A stretch of 64,000 bases of DNA from an uncultured Acidobacteriota bacterium (GTDB lineage: Bacteria; Acidobacteriota; Thermoanaerobaculia; UBA5066): the NCBI GenBank assembly GCA_963779415.1, contig CAVZYA010000002.1:128001-192000 (forward strand), read 5' to 3'. Shown here in pieces: positions 21,582 to 33,839 of the stretch (its first letter is position 1; each line of letters starts with the position of its first letter). The notes beneath the pieces are model-generated. The model was not told the DNA's origin and did no database searches. It was given only the letters and a program-made list of their open reading frames with translations. The translations under genes were made by a program, and so were the position numbers.

Positions 21582-22478
21582 TTACTCCGACTCGAGAAGC
21601 GCCCGCGCCTTCGAAAGCTCCTTTTTCTTCTCGGGACCGACTTCCGGGTAGTGGAGGTCCAGCTTCGACATCGCGTCGATGATCGCCCCGGCCACGATGA
21701 GACGCGTGTACCACTTGTTGTCGGCCGGGACGACGTACCACGGGGCCCACGGCTTCGCGGTCGCCCGGATCGCGTCCTCGTACGCCACCATGTAGTCCTT
21801 CCAGAAGCCGCGCTCCCGCGCGTCCGCCTCGGAGAACTTCCAGTTCTTGTGTGGCATCTCGAGCCGTTCGAGAAACCGCTTCTTCTGTTCCTTCCGCGAG
21901 ACGTTCAGGAAGAACTTCAGGATGACCATCCCGTTGCGGGCGAGGTGCTTCTCGTGGTCCGCGATGCTCTCGAACCGCTCCTTCCAGATCTCCTTCGTGA
22001 TGAGCTTCGGCGGGAGCATCTGCCTGGCGAGGAACTCGGGATGGACCCGGACGGCAAGGACTTCTTCGTAATACGAACGGTTGAAGATACCGATCCGCCC
22101 CTGCTCGGGGAGGCACTTCGCCGTCCGCCAGAGGAAATCGTGATCGAGGTCCTCGGTGGAGGGGGACTTGAACGAGTAGACCTGACACCCCTGCGGGTTC
22201 ACGCCTGACATGACGTGCTTGATCGTCCCGTCCTTCCCGGCGGCGTCCATCGCCTGGAAGATCAGGAGAACCCCCCAGCGGTCCTGCGCGTAAAGCTTGT
22301 CCTGGAGGTCGGCAAGCAGCTTCACGCCGGTGGCAAGAAGTTCCCTCGCTTTTTTCTTGTCTTCCTTCAGCCCCCCCGTGTCGCCGGGGTCCCACTCCTT
22401 GAGGCGGAACTTCCTTCCGTCGGTGACGCAGTACGGGCGAACGTATTTCAGGACACGCGACAGCTTCATTTCGGCCAT
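21582..22478 (-). CDS. ppk2: Polyphosphate kinase 2 family protein (class III-like)
   Basis: QAMDAAGKDG Walker A, FK.PS.E.L.HDFLWR, FNRSYYEEVL, WKFS..D, PWYVVPADNKW. Confidence 0.92.
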   Translation of the reverse strand: MAEMKLSRVLKYVRPYCVTDGRKFRLKEWDPGDTGGLKEDKKKARELLATGVKLLADLQDKLYAQDRWGVLLIFQAMDAAGKDGTIKHVMSGVNPQGCQVYSFKSPSTEDLDHDFLWRTAKCLPEQGRIGIFNRSYYEEVLAVRVHPEFLARQMLPPKLITKEIWKERFESIADHEKHLARNGMVILKFFLNVSRKEQKKRFLERLEMPHKNWKFSEADARERGFWKDYMVAYEDAIRATAKPWAPWYVVPADNKWYTRLIVAGAIIDAMSKLDLHYPEVGPEKKKELSKARALLESE

Positions 22479-22681
22479 GGTCCTTCCCTCGAGCGCTCAG
22501 TGTAGTCCCCGCACCGGCAAGGGGCGCCCCCAGGCGGCACCCCCCCGAGACTGCCCGGGGCCCTGAAGGCGGCCGCGAAGAACGCCCGGTGGGGGAACAG
22601 CCTGATGCAGACATACCAATCCGTTGTCTTGCCGCGACGATGTCCCTACGCTTCCCGCGAGCGCGAAGGAAAGGTGGATTT

Positions 22682-24087
<1,406 letters not shown>

Positions 24088-24091
<4 letters not shown>

Positions 24092-24627
24092 TTTCCGGCG
24101 CCCGCGCTCGCGCGGCCGTCCTGGCGGCGGTCCTCGTGGCGACATGGTTTCCGGCATGGGGCGAGCCCCCCGCCCCGGACCGCTGGCGCCCCTTCAAGGC
24201 GACGTGGACGCTCTCGGGGACGCGGCAGCTTCTTCCGACGGAAGGGGCTCGCTCCGCCGGCATCATCCACGTCACGGGCCCCCTCGCCGTCACGAGCGGC
24301 GAGGGGCTCGGGCGCGGCTTCCTCGGCGAGTTGATCGGCTTCGACGACGGCGGAGCGCTCATCGTCGGCCGCGCAGTGCTCACCGACGAAGAAGGGGACC
24401 GGATCTACTGCTTTCTGAGAACCGAGCCCCTCGGCACGGGGCGAAAGGCGACAGGGACGATTACGGGGGGGACGGGGCGTTATACCGGGCTCGAAGGGAC
24501 GTTCGCGTTCTCCTGGCAGTACGTCGTCGACGCGGGAGCCGAAGAGATCAGCGGCCGGATCGCGAACATCGAAGGGCGGACGCGCCACGCGCCGCCGAAG
24601 GCCGTCCCTGCGGAGCCGCCGAAATGA
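24088..24627 (+). CDS. Secreted beta-rich hypothetical protein (dirigent/allene-oxide-cyclase-like motif)
   Basis: ATGA overlap with aspA stop; signal peptide; D..GD.I...GTITGGTGRYTGLEG motif. Confidence 0.65.
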
Positions 24628-26030
24628 GCCCCGCGGCGAAGACGTGGGCCGCCCGCGGAGCCGTCGTCGCCCTCGGCGCCGGGATCTGGCTCTGGCCCGT
24701 CCCCGAGGGGCTCACGCTCCCGGCGTGGCGCCTCTTCGCGATCTTCGCCGCGACCATCGCCTCCGTCATCGTCGGCGCCTTCCCGATCCTGACGGCCTCC
24801 GTCCTCGGTCTCGGCGTGGCCGTCCTGTCGGGAACGATCAAGCCCGCGGCGGCCTACGCCGGGTTCGCGAACGCGACGATCCTCCTGATCATCGTCGCGT
24901 TCCTCCTCGCGCGCGCGGTCGTGACGTCGGGGCTCGGCCAGCGGCTCTCCTACCTTGTGGTGAGCCGCTTCGGGCACTCGACACTCGGCCTCGGCTACAG
25001 CATTTTCCTCGTGGACGCCGTCGTCGCGCCGGCGTTCCCGAGCAACACGGCGCGCGGCGGGGTTCTCTTCCCGATCGCCTACTCGCTCGCCGAGTCGGGC
25101 GGCTCGCGCCCGGACGAGGCGACGCGCAAGCGGATGGGCGCCTATCTCATGTTCTGCGGGATGGCGAGCCTGGCGGTCTCGTCGGCGCTCTGGCTCACGG
25201 CGATGGCGGCGAACCCGCTGGGCAGTGAGATCGCGGCGGCGCACGGTCTGAAGATCGGTTTCGGTTCGTGGCTCGCGGCCTCCTCCGTGCCGACGCTGCT
25301 CGCGATCGCCTTCCTCCCCTGGCTGCTCTACAGGGTCTTCCCGCCCGACGTGCGGTCGACGCCGGACGCGCCCGTCGCCGCCCGTGAGGCTCTCGCGAAG
25401 ATGGGCCCTCTGAGCTCCGTCGAATGGGCCGTCTCCCTCACGTTCCTCGCGATGGTCGTCGCCTGGGGCCTCGCGGGCACACTGGGGCTCGATTCGACGG
25501 CGGTCGCCTTCGCCGGTCTCGGCATCCTCCTCGCGACCAACGCTCTGACGGCAAAGGACATCTCGCAGGAAGGAGACGTCCTCGCGACGTTCATCTGGTT
25601 CGCGGCCCTTTACGGGCTCAGCGCGCAGCTCAACGCGCTGGGCTTCATGGGCTTCCTGGGCGAGCGGCTCGGAGGCGCGCTGGGCGGCCTGCCGTGGCCC
25701 GCCGCGTATGTCCTCCTCCTCGTCGCCTACGTCCTCCTCCACTACCTGTTCGTGAGCCAGACGGCCCACCTCCTCGCGCTCTTCGGAGTTTTCATGGACG
25801 TCGGCGTCACGCTCGGCGTCCCGGTCGCGCCGCTCGCCTTCGGCCTCCTCTTCGCGACGAACTTCTTCTCGGTCCTCACGCCGCAGGGCTCCAGCGCGAA
25901 CCTCCTCTTCGTCGGCAGCGGTTACCTCACGCCCAAGGAGCTTTACAAGCTCGGAACGCTGACGACCGCGGTGCTCTTCCTTCTCTATCTCGTGGTCGGG
26001 ACCCCGTGGGTCCTCTTCGTGACGCGCTGA
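24624..26030 (+). CDS. DASS family dicarboxylate/anion transporter (CitT/TtdT-like)
   Basis: P.PEGL...AW.LFAIF, PSNTARGG, LTAMAANP, LTPQGSSAN...GSGY; ATGA-coupled start. Confidence 0.9.
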   Translation: MSPAAKTWAARGAVVALGAGIWLWPVPEGLTLPAWRLFAIFAATIASVIVGAFPILTASVLGLGVAVLSGTIKPAAAYAGFANATILLIIVAFLLARAVVTSGLGQRLSYLVVSRFGHSTLGLGYSIFLVDAVVAPAFPSNTARGGVLFPIAYSLAESGGSRPDEATRKRMGAYLMFCGMASLAVSSALWLTAMAANPLGSEIAAAHGLKIGFGSWLAASSVPTLLAIAFLPWLLYRVFPPDVRSTPDAPVAAREALAKMGPLSSVEWAVSLTFLAMVVAWGLAGTLGLDSTAVAFAGLGILLATNALTAKDISQEGDVLATFIWFAALYGLSAQLNALGFMGFLGERLGGALGGLPWPAAYVLLLVAYVLLHYLFVSQTAHLLALFGVFMDVGVTLGVPVAPLAFGLLFATNFFSVLTPQGSSANLLFVGSGYLTPKELYKLGTLTTAVLFLLYLVVGTPWVLFVTR

Positions 26031-26045
26031 GGAAAGACGAGCGCC

Positions 26046-27742
26046 ATGACGTACATCGCCGACGCCCTCAGGAACAATCCGGAGCTCGCGATCTTCCTCA
26101 CGCTCGCGATCGGCTTCCTCGTCGGGCGCGTGAGGTTCGGCACGTTCAAGCTCGGCAACGTCGTCGGGACGCTCCTCGCGGGCGTCGTCGTCGGACAGCT
26201 CGACATCCAGGTTGACCCGGTCGTCAAGCTCGTTTTCTTCGACCTCTTCCTCTTCGCCACGGGGTACAAGGTGGGGCCGCAGTTCTTCCGCGGGCCTGAA
26301 GAAGAACGCCCTCACACAGGTTTCGTTGACGCTGGTCCTCTGCGTCACGAGCCTCGTGACCACCGTCGCCGCCGCGAAGATCTTCAAATACGACTGCGGG
26401 ACGGCGGCGGGCCTGATGGCCGGGGCCTTCACGGAGTCGACGGTGATCGGGACGGCGGGCGAGACGATCAACCGACTCCCCCTCCCGGAGCTCGAGCGGA
26501 AGCGCCTTCTCGACCAGATTCCCGTGGCCTATGCCGTCAGCTACCTCGTCGGGACCGGCTTCGTCGTCTGGTTCCTCTCGGGCCTCGCGCCGAGGCTCCT
26601 CAAAGTGAACCTGAAGGAAGAGGCGAAGAAGCTCGAGGCGACGCTCTCGGGTGGGCCCACACGTGAGGAGGGCGTCCAGTCGGCCTACCACGAATGGGAC
26701 GCACGGGCGTACCAATTGCCCGAGAAATGGGCGGGGAAGACGGTGGGGGTGTTCGAAGCGCTCCTTCGCTCCTGCTCGCATTTTCGTCAAGAGAATCAGA
26801 AGGGGGAAGAGGGAGAAGAGAGAAGATCTTCTTAGAAGGTGAAGAGGGGACCGCGCTCGCATCGGGCGACGTCGTGGCCATTGCCGCGCGCCGGCCCATT
26901 CACCTTTCTAAGAAACCTTCCTTCGGCGTCGAGGTCGAGGACCGCGAGCTTCTCGACTGGCCCGTCGTCGTCGCGGACGCCGTCGTGACGAGCCGCGAAG
27001 CGTCTGAGACGGACGCTCGCCGAGCTGGCCGAGTCGCACGGGCGCGGCATCGCACTTCTCAAGCTGGTCCGCGGCACCGAGGACGTGCCCGTGGCGCTCG
27101 GGACCGTCGTGAACCGTGGCGACCTCCTCCGCATCGCGGGCGCGCCCGCGGACGTCGAGCGCGCCGGGAAGGCCCTCGGCTACGTCGAGAGGCCGTCGAG
27201 CGAGACCGACGTCGTCTTCGTCGGCCTCGGGATCCTTCTCGGCGGCTTCGTCGGGCTCCTCTCCGTGACCGTCGGCGGCCTACCCCTCAGCCTGACGGCC
27301 AGCGGCGGCGCCCTGATCATGGGACTCGTCTTCGGGTGGCTGCGGTCCGTGCGCCCGACGTTCGGCCGCATTCCCGAGCCCGCCCTCTGGGTCTTCGACA
27401 CGGTCGGGCCTCGCGGTCTTCATCGGCGTCGTCGGCCTCTCCGCCGGGCCGAGCTTCGTCTCGGGGCTGAAGGAGACGGGGCCGAGCCTCCTTCTCGTCG
27501 GCCTCATCGTCGCCGTCACGCCGCACATCGCCGCCCTCTTCTTCGGGCGATACGTCCTCAAGATGAATCCCGTCCTCCTCTTCGGCGCCTGCGCCGGAGC
27601 CGGGACCGTCACGGCCGCGCTCCGGGGAATCCAGGACGAAGCGGGAAGCAAGCTCCCCGTCCTCGGCTACACCGTCCCCTATGCGATCGGGAACATCCTC
27701 CTGACCGCCTGGGGACCCGTCATCGTGATGCTCACGAAATAG
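26046..27742 (+). pseudogene. aspT: AspT/YidE family aspartate:alanine antiporter, frameshifted (probably assembly errors)
   Basis: Consecutive frames give GYKVGPQFF, AG.MAGAFTES.VIG, TrkA-C region, GGALIMGL.FGW, GACAGAGT.TAAL, GYTVPYAIGN. Frame breaks near 26295, 26760-26830, ~27005 and ~27407. Confidence 0.82.
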
Positions 27743-27753
27743 GAGGTCCGTCC

Positions 27754-28851
27754 ATGGCAAGAAACCGCTTCGTCCCCATCGCTCTCATGCTGCTTCTCCT
27801 GCTCGCCGCCGGCCCGGCCGCCTACGCCGGGCCGCAGTCTGCCGCGCCCGCCGCGCAGCCGGCTCTCCCTACGGTCGTCGTTCTCGCCACAGGGGGCACG
27901 ATCGCGGGTGCCGCCGCCACCGACGTGCAGGCCGGCTACACCTCCGGCCAGGTCGGGGTCGAACAGCTCCTCGCCGCGGTGCCCCAGGCGAAGAAGCTGG
28001 CCAACCTCCGGGGCGAGCAGATTTCGAACATCGGGTCGCAGGACATGAACGACGAGGTGTGGCTGAAGCTGGCAGGCCGCGTCAACGAGCTTGTCGCGAT
28101 GCCCGACGTCGCCGGCGTCGTCATCACGCACGGCACCGACACGATCGAGGAGACCGCGTTCTTCCTCAACCTCGTCGTGAAGTCGAAGAAGCCGGTCGTC
28201 CTGACGGCGGCGATGCGTCCGTCGACCGCGCTCTCGGCCGACGGCCCGCTCAATTTCTTCAACGCCGTGGCCGTCGCCGCAAACAAAAACGCCGCCGGGC
28301 TGGGCGTCCTCGTCGTCATCAACGACTGGATCCACGGGGCGTCGTCCCTCACGAAGACCAGCACGACAGCGGTGCAGACCTTCATGTCGCCTCTCCGGGG
28401 TCTCGTCGGCACCGTCGCCTACGGCGAGGCCGATTTCTTCTGCGGCCCCGTCGGCCGGAACACGGTGAACTCCGACTTCTCGCTGGAGGGCGTGAAGACC
28501 CTGCCGCGCGTCGACATCGTCATGGCCTACGAGAACATGGATGGCGCGCTCATCGACGCCGCGGCCGCGGCCGGGGCCAAGGGGATCGTGATCGGGGGCG
28601 TCGGCAACGGGAACATGACGGAGCCGGCCGTGAAGGCCCTCGCCGCCGAGGCGAAGAAGGGCGTGGTTTGCGTAAGGTCGTCACGCGTGGTGACGGGGCG
28701 CGTCGGACGCAACGTTGAGCTGGACGACGACAAGCTGGGATTCGTCGCCTCGCTCGGCATGAACCCCCAGAAGGCGCGGGTCCTCCTTCGCCTCGCGCTC
28801 CTCAAGACGAACGACGTCAAGCAGATCCAGAAGTACTTCGAAGAGTACTGA
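27754..28851 (+). CDS. ansB: Type II (periplasmic) L-asparaginase
   Basis: AGGAGG RBS, signal peptide, ATGGTIAG, IGSQDM, HGTDTIEET, SADGP.N, NPQKAR.LL. Confidence 0.92.
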   Translation: MARNRFVPIALMLLLLLAAGPAAYAGPQSAAPAAQPALPTVVVLATGGTIAGAAATDVQAGYTSGQVGVEQLLAAVPQAKKLANLRGEQISNIGSQDMNDEVWLKLAGRVNELVAMPDVAGVVITHGTDTIEETAFFLNLVVKSKKPVVLTAAMRPSTALSADGPLNFFNAVAVAANKNAAGLGVLVVINDWIHGASSLTKTSTTAVQTFMSPLRGLVGTVAYGEADFFCGPVGRNTVNSDFSLEGVKTLPRVDIVMAYENMDGALIDAAAAAGAKGIVIGGVGNGNMTEPAVKALAAEAKKGVVCVRSSRVVTGRVGRNVELDDDKLGFVASLGMNPQKARVLLRLALLKTNDVKQIQKYFEEY

Positions 28852-28853
28852 CC

Positions 28854-30074
28854 ATGAGAACCCGCGCTTTCACCCTGCTGACACTCCTCGTCCTCGCTGC
28901 CGGAGCCGCGCGGGCAGAGACGGACGCCGCGCCGACCGAGAAGCCGAAGCCGCGGATGGAGATCTACGGCTTTGCGCAGGCCGACTTCATTTACGACTTC
29001 AGACAGGTTGATCCCGACTGGTACGACGTCCTCCGGACGACGAAGCTGCCGTCGTACGAGAACCAGTTCGGAGGGGACGGCAACTTCTGGGCGAGCGTCC
29101 GGCAGACCCGCTTCGGCGTGAAAGGATGGATCCCGACGTCTCTCGGCGAGGTGAAGACGATCTTCGAGTTCGAGCTCTTCGGCGTGGGAGTGGACGCCGG
29201 CCAGACGACGATCCGCCTGCGCCACGCGTGGGGAGAGCTGAACGCGTTCGGTGCGGGCCAGACCTGGAGCCCCTTCATGGACCCCGACGTCTTCCCCAAC
29301 CAGCTCGAGTACTGGGGCCCGACCGGAATGCCGTTCTTCCGGAACGTCCAGATCCGCTGGATGCCGCTTCGCGGCGACGACGAGCTCTACATCGCCCTCG
29401 AACGGCCCGGGGCCAGCGGCGACGGCGGGATTTACGCGGACCGCGTGGCGATCCAGAACATCAAGATCCGGACGCCGTGGCCCGACCTCTCGGCTCATTA
29501 CCGCCTGAACCGGGACTGGGGCCACGTCCAGTTCTCGGGCATTCTGCGGTCCATCAAGTGGGATGACACGCAGCCCGACTCGTTCGATCTTTCGGGGAGC
29601 GCGACGGGGTGGGGCCTCCACGTCTCGACCAATCTCAAGCCAGGCAAGGACGACGTCATCCGGGCCTCGGTCGTCTACGGGGAAGGCGTCGAGAACTACA
29701 TGAACGACGCCCCGATCGACATCGGCGTCGAGAACAACTTCAGCGATCCGAGGAAACCGGTCGTGGGCAAGGCGCTGCCGGTCCTCGGGATCGTCGCGTT
29801 CCTCGACCACAACTGGAGCCCGAAATTCTCGACGGCGGTCGGGTATTCCTACGAGCACATCTCGAACACCGACGCGCAAACCCCGAGCAGCTTCCAGTGG
29901 AGCCACTACGCCCTCGCGAACCTCCTCTACACGCCCGTGCCCGGCGTCATGGCAGGCGCGGAGTTCCAGTGGGGCCAGCGGCACAACTTCAGTGACGGCT
30001 TCGTGGCCGACGATTACCGGATCCAGGTCTCGTGCAAGTACAACTTCTCCTTCATGCTCGGAGGTAAGAAGTAG
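28854..30074 (+). CDS. DcaP-like trimeric outer-membrane porin
   Basis: Signal peptide, IYGFAQAD, SVRQTRFG, FEFELFG, RLRHAWGE, GQTWSPFMD, C-terminal KYNF. Confidence 0.8.
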   Translation: MRTRAFTLLTLLVLAAGAARAETDAAPTEKPKPRMEIYGFAQADFIYDFRQVDPDWYDVLRTTKLPSYENQFGGDGNFWASVRQTRFGVKGWIPTSLGEVKTIFEFELFGVGVDAGQTTIRLRHAWGELNAFGAGQTWSPFMDPDVFPNQLEYWGPTGMPFFRNVQIRWMPLRGDDELYIALERPGASGDGGIYADRVAIQNIKIRTPWPDLSAHYRLNRDWGHVQFSGILRSIKWDDTQPDSFDLSGSATGWGLHVSTNLKPGKDDVIRASVVYGEGVENYMNDAPIDIGVENNFSDPRKPVVGKALPVLGIVAFLDHNWSPKFSTAVGYSYEHISNTDAQTPSSFQWSHYALANLLYTPVPGVMAGAEFQWGQRHNFSDGFVADDYRIQVSCKYNFSFMLGGKK

Positions 30075-30082
30075 TGCGTACC

Positions 30083-31106
30083 ATGTCGATCCTCCGCGCC
30101 CTCGGCCTGGCCGCCGTCTCGGCAGCTCTCGTCCTCGCCGCCCCCGCCCCGGCCCAGACTCCCGACGAGATCCAGAAAGCGGTGAACGCGGCCTACGAGA
30201 AGTACAAGGACCTCAAGGAAGGGAGAACGCCGACTACATCCCGGCCCTCGCCAAGGTCGACCCGAAGATCTACGGCATCGCGCTCGTGACGCCGGACGGC
30301 AAGGTCTACACCGCCGGCGACGTCACGTCCGAGGTCTCGATCCAGTCCATCTCGAAGGTCTTCACGATGGCGAAGGTCATCGAGGAGCAGGGCCTCGACG
30401 CGATCGTCAAGACGATCGGCGTCGACGCGACCGGGATGCGGTTCAACTCGATCGTCGCGGTCGAATTCGCCAAGAAGACGCTCGGGGGACCCGAAATCAA
30501 CCCCCTCGTGAATCCGGGAGCCATCACGGCGACGAGCATGCTGAAGGGCACGACGCCGCGACGAGATCTGGAAGGGCCTCCTCGCGACCTACTCCGACTT
30601 CGCGGGGCGCCCGCTTTCCGTGAACCAGGAAGTCTTCAAGTCCGAGTCGGAGACGAACCAGCGCAACCAGGCCATCGGCTACCTGATGTACGCCTACGAG
30701 TACATCAAGTCCGACCCGATGCGCGCGACGGACATCTACACCGAGCAGTGCTCCGTGAACGTCAACGCGAAGGACCTCGCGACGATGGCCGCGACGCTCG
30801 CCAACGGCGGGAAGAACCCGCTGACCGGCAAGCAGGTCATGAAGACCGCGAACGTCCCGGGGATCCTCGCCGTGATGGCGACGGCCGGCCTTTACGACAA
30901 CTCGGGCAAGTGGCTCTACGCGACCGGGCCTGCCGGCCAAGAGCGGCGTGGGGGGCGGCATCATCGCCGTCGCGCCGGGCAAGTTCGGGATCGCCGTGAT
31001 CTCGCCTCCTCTCGACGACGCCGGCAACAGCGTCCGCGCCCAGAAGGCCATCGCCGACATCTCGAACGCCCTGAAGGCCAACCCCCTCGCATCGACACCG
31101 CGTTGA
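30083..31106 (+). pseudogene. glsA: Glutaminase A with signal peptide, frameshifted (probably assembly errors)
   Basis: NADYIP.LA, SIQSISKVF catalytic motif, [33 protein letters not shown]. Frame breaks near 30222, 30557, 30927. Confidence 0.85.
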
Positions 31107-31134
31107 AAGAGGTTCTTGCGGAGAAAGATCCCCC

Positions 31135-32524
31135 TTGACGCGTTGCCGGGCCGGACTGATCGCGCTGATTCTGTCGTTCTCCGCGGGACTTCCGGCGGGA
31201 GCCCAGGAGCCTCCGCCACCGTCTGAAAAGGCGGACGCGGCGCCCGCGGCCGAAGAAAAGGCCGAAGAGAAGACGACCCGTTGGGTCTACTCGTGGGACG
31301 GGTGGGAGGGTCTCCGCCTCGGATTGATCCGGAAAACGAGGTGGAAGAACCCGCCGGAGGTCTATGTCCTCGCGCCCAAAGGGCCAGACGCCGAGCCGCT
31401 CCTCGACTTCGAGGAGGTGAAGCTGACCTCCCGGATCGGCGTCCGGCTCGCGGGGGACGCCGCGGCCTTTCACACGACCGGGAGCCTGACGGACTTCGAC
31501 GACGGCGCGGACTTCAGGCGCGCCCGCCTCTTCCTCAACGGGGACTGGACCCTCGTCGTCCCGCTCGAGTACAGCATCGAGCTCGGCTACACCCCGAACA
31601 AGTTCGTTCTGAGCGATGCGTGGCTTCTCTTCCCGGAGCTGAAATACGTCGGACCGACCAAGCTCGGCCAGTTCCAGCCGCCTCAGGGCCTCGACGTCAT
31701 CAACAGCAGCTGGGCCATCACCTTCATGGAGCCGGCGGCGCCGCTTCAGGCCCTCGCGCCGGGAACCAACGCCGGCATCCAGGTGGGCCGGCCCGTTCTC
31801 GACAGCCGCGCGACCTGGTGGCTCGGAATCTTCGGGAACGGGGCCGGGGCCAAGGAGTACGGGCTCGTCGCGAGCAGCTATGGGAGCGTCATCGGCCGGG
31901 CCACGTGGCTCGCGATTCAGCAGGGCGGATCGGAAGAATCACCCGTGCCGCAGTTTCTCCATGTCGGGCTGAGCACGAACCTTCTCCTCACCTCGAGCGA
32001 CACCATCCGTTACCAGTCGCGTCCGGAGAGCTACATCGCGCCTTACGTCATCGACACCGGCGATCTCTCCGCGCACAGCGCCATGACGCTCGGTGCGGAG
32101 GTCGCCTGGGTGAACGGGCCCTTCTCGCTGCAGGCGGAGTTTCTTCACTCCTGGGTCGACCGGACGGAGGGTGACCGCCTGAACTTCGGCGGCTATTACG
32201 TCTCCGCGAGCTGGTTTTTGACCGACGAGAGCCGCCCCTATGATCCGTAAGAGCGGGAAGTTCACGTTCGTCAACCCGCAGAAGGACTTCAACTGGAAGA
32301 AGGGGGACTGGGGCGCCTTCGAGCTGGCGTGCCGCTACTCGTTCACCAATCTGACGAACCAGGGTATCCAGGGCGGCCGCCTCAACATGCTCATGGGCGG
32401 GCTGAACTGGTACCTGACGTCCCACATCCGGTTGTACCTCAACGTCGGGGCAGGAAGGGTCACCGGGACGGCCTCGGTGGGAAACATGACCATCGCCCAG
32501 ATGCGACTGGCGGTCTTCATGTAG
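31135..32524 (+). pseudogene. OprO/OprP family anion-selective porin, frameshifted near 32245
   Basis: FRRARL, GQF.PP.GL, ITFME.A, G.YV.ASWFLT.E.RPY, then GAFELACRYS..L and GLNWYL in the next frame. Confidence 0.8.
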
Positions 32525-32660
32525 CGGCTGGCCTCGAGGCCGGGGCCTCGAAAAATGAGGCTCCAGACGGCCCTGGGTGCGTCTTGGCCGGCGGAGCTGT
32601 TGATAGACTCCAACGTCCTTTGACGAGATCCACAATCAACTCTTCGATGGAGGGTTCCGC

Positions 32661-33836
32661 GTGCTCCTGAAACCCGAAAGACGACTCCTTCCGATCTCCC
32701 TTCTCGCCGCGGCCCTCTTCGCCCCGGGTTGCGGGAAGAAGGAAGCCGCCGCCCCGCCGCCACCCGAGGTCTACGTCACCCCGGTCGTCGTGAAGGACGT
32801 CCCGGTCTACCTGGAGCTCGTCGGCCAGACGAGAGGCTCACAGGACGTCGAGATTCGCGCACGCGTGGAGGGCTACCTCGAGTCGGTGAAGTTCACAGAG
32901 GGGACGTTCGTCACGAAGGGCACCCCCCTCTACCAGATCGACCCCAAGCCCTTCGAGGCGACCCTCGCGGCGGCCAAGGCCGACCTGGCCACCGCCCGGG
33001 CGCGGCTCCAGAAGACCAGCAACGACGTGGCCCGGTACGAGCCGCTCGTCGCGCAGAAGGCGATCAGCCAGCAGGAGCTGGACAACGCCCTCTCCGCCCG
33101 GGACGCGGCCAAGGCCCAGGTGGACGCGGCGGCCGCTGCCGTGGACAGGGCGACCCTCGATCTCGGCTATACCTCGATCGCGGCGCCCCTCGACGGGATC
33201 GTCGGCACCACGAAGGTCAAGGCCGGCAACCTCGTCGGCCGCGGCGAAAGCACGCTGCTGACGACGGTATCGAAGGTCGACCCGATCCTCTTCCGCGCCG
33301 GGATCAGCGAGGCCGAGTACCTGCGAATCGCGAAGCGGGTTCAGGAGGGGGGCCAGAAGGCCGCCAACGCCGAGGTCACGCTGATCCTGGCCGACGGCAC
33401 CGTTCTTCCCGACAAGGGGCGTATCGACGCCATCGAGCGGGAGGTGGACCCGACGACGGGCACCCTCGCGGTGCAGTTCACGTTCCCGAACCCGAACCGC
33501 ATCGTGCGCCCCGGCCAGTACGGGCGCGCGCGTTTCGTTCTCGAGACGAAAGCCGGAGCGCTCCTCGTGCCGCAGCGCGCGGTGCAGGAACTGCAGAATC
33601 TCTACAGCGTGGCGACCGTGGGCGCCGACAACAAGGTCGCCTTCAAGAGCGTCAAGGTCGGCCCCCGCGTGGACGGCCTCTGGGTGATCGAGGAGGGCCT
33701 GAAGGCCGGCGAAACGGTCGTCGTGGAGGGCCTCCAGCGGATCCGCGACGGCATGACGGTGACGACGAAGCCCGCGGCCGCGATGCCCGGCAGTCCGGGA
33801 GCGGCGGAGCCGGCCGCCGAGGGGAAGGCGAAGTAG
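32661..33836 (+). CDS. RND efflux periplasmic adaptor (AcrA/MexA-like lipoprotein) 1
   Basis: Lipobox APGC, EIRARVEG, LYQIDP, I.AP.DG, VPQRAV, EGL..GE.VVVEG. Confidence 0.92.
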   Translation: MLLKPERRLLPISLLAAALFAPGCGKKEAAAPPPPEVYVTPVVVKDVPVYLELVGQTRGSQDVEIRARVEGYLESVKFTEGTFVTKGTPLYQIDPKPFEATLAAAKADLATARARLQKTSNDVARYEPLVAQKAISQQELDNALSARDAAKAQVDAAAAAVDRATLDLGYTSIAAPLDGIVGTTKVKAGNLVGRGESTLLTTVSKVDPILFRAGISEAEYLRIAKRVQEGGQKAANAEVTLILADGTVLPDKGRIDAIEREVDPTTGTLAVQFTFPNPNRIVRPGQYGRARFVLETKAGALLVPQRAVQELQNLYSVATVGADNKVAFKSVKVGPRVDGLWVIEEGLKAGETVVVEGLQRIRDGMTVTTKPAAAMPGSPGAAEPAAEGKAK

Positions 33837-33839
33837 CCC

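Noticed and set aside
27085-28851. AspT-asparaginase fusion (588 aa)
   Set aside because: Frameshift artefact; aspT ends at TAG 27742 and ansB has its own RBS and signal peptide.
32600-32640. FNR box upstream of RND operon (TTGAT-N4-TCCAA)
   Set aside because: Second half-site matches poorly; insufficient support.
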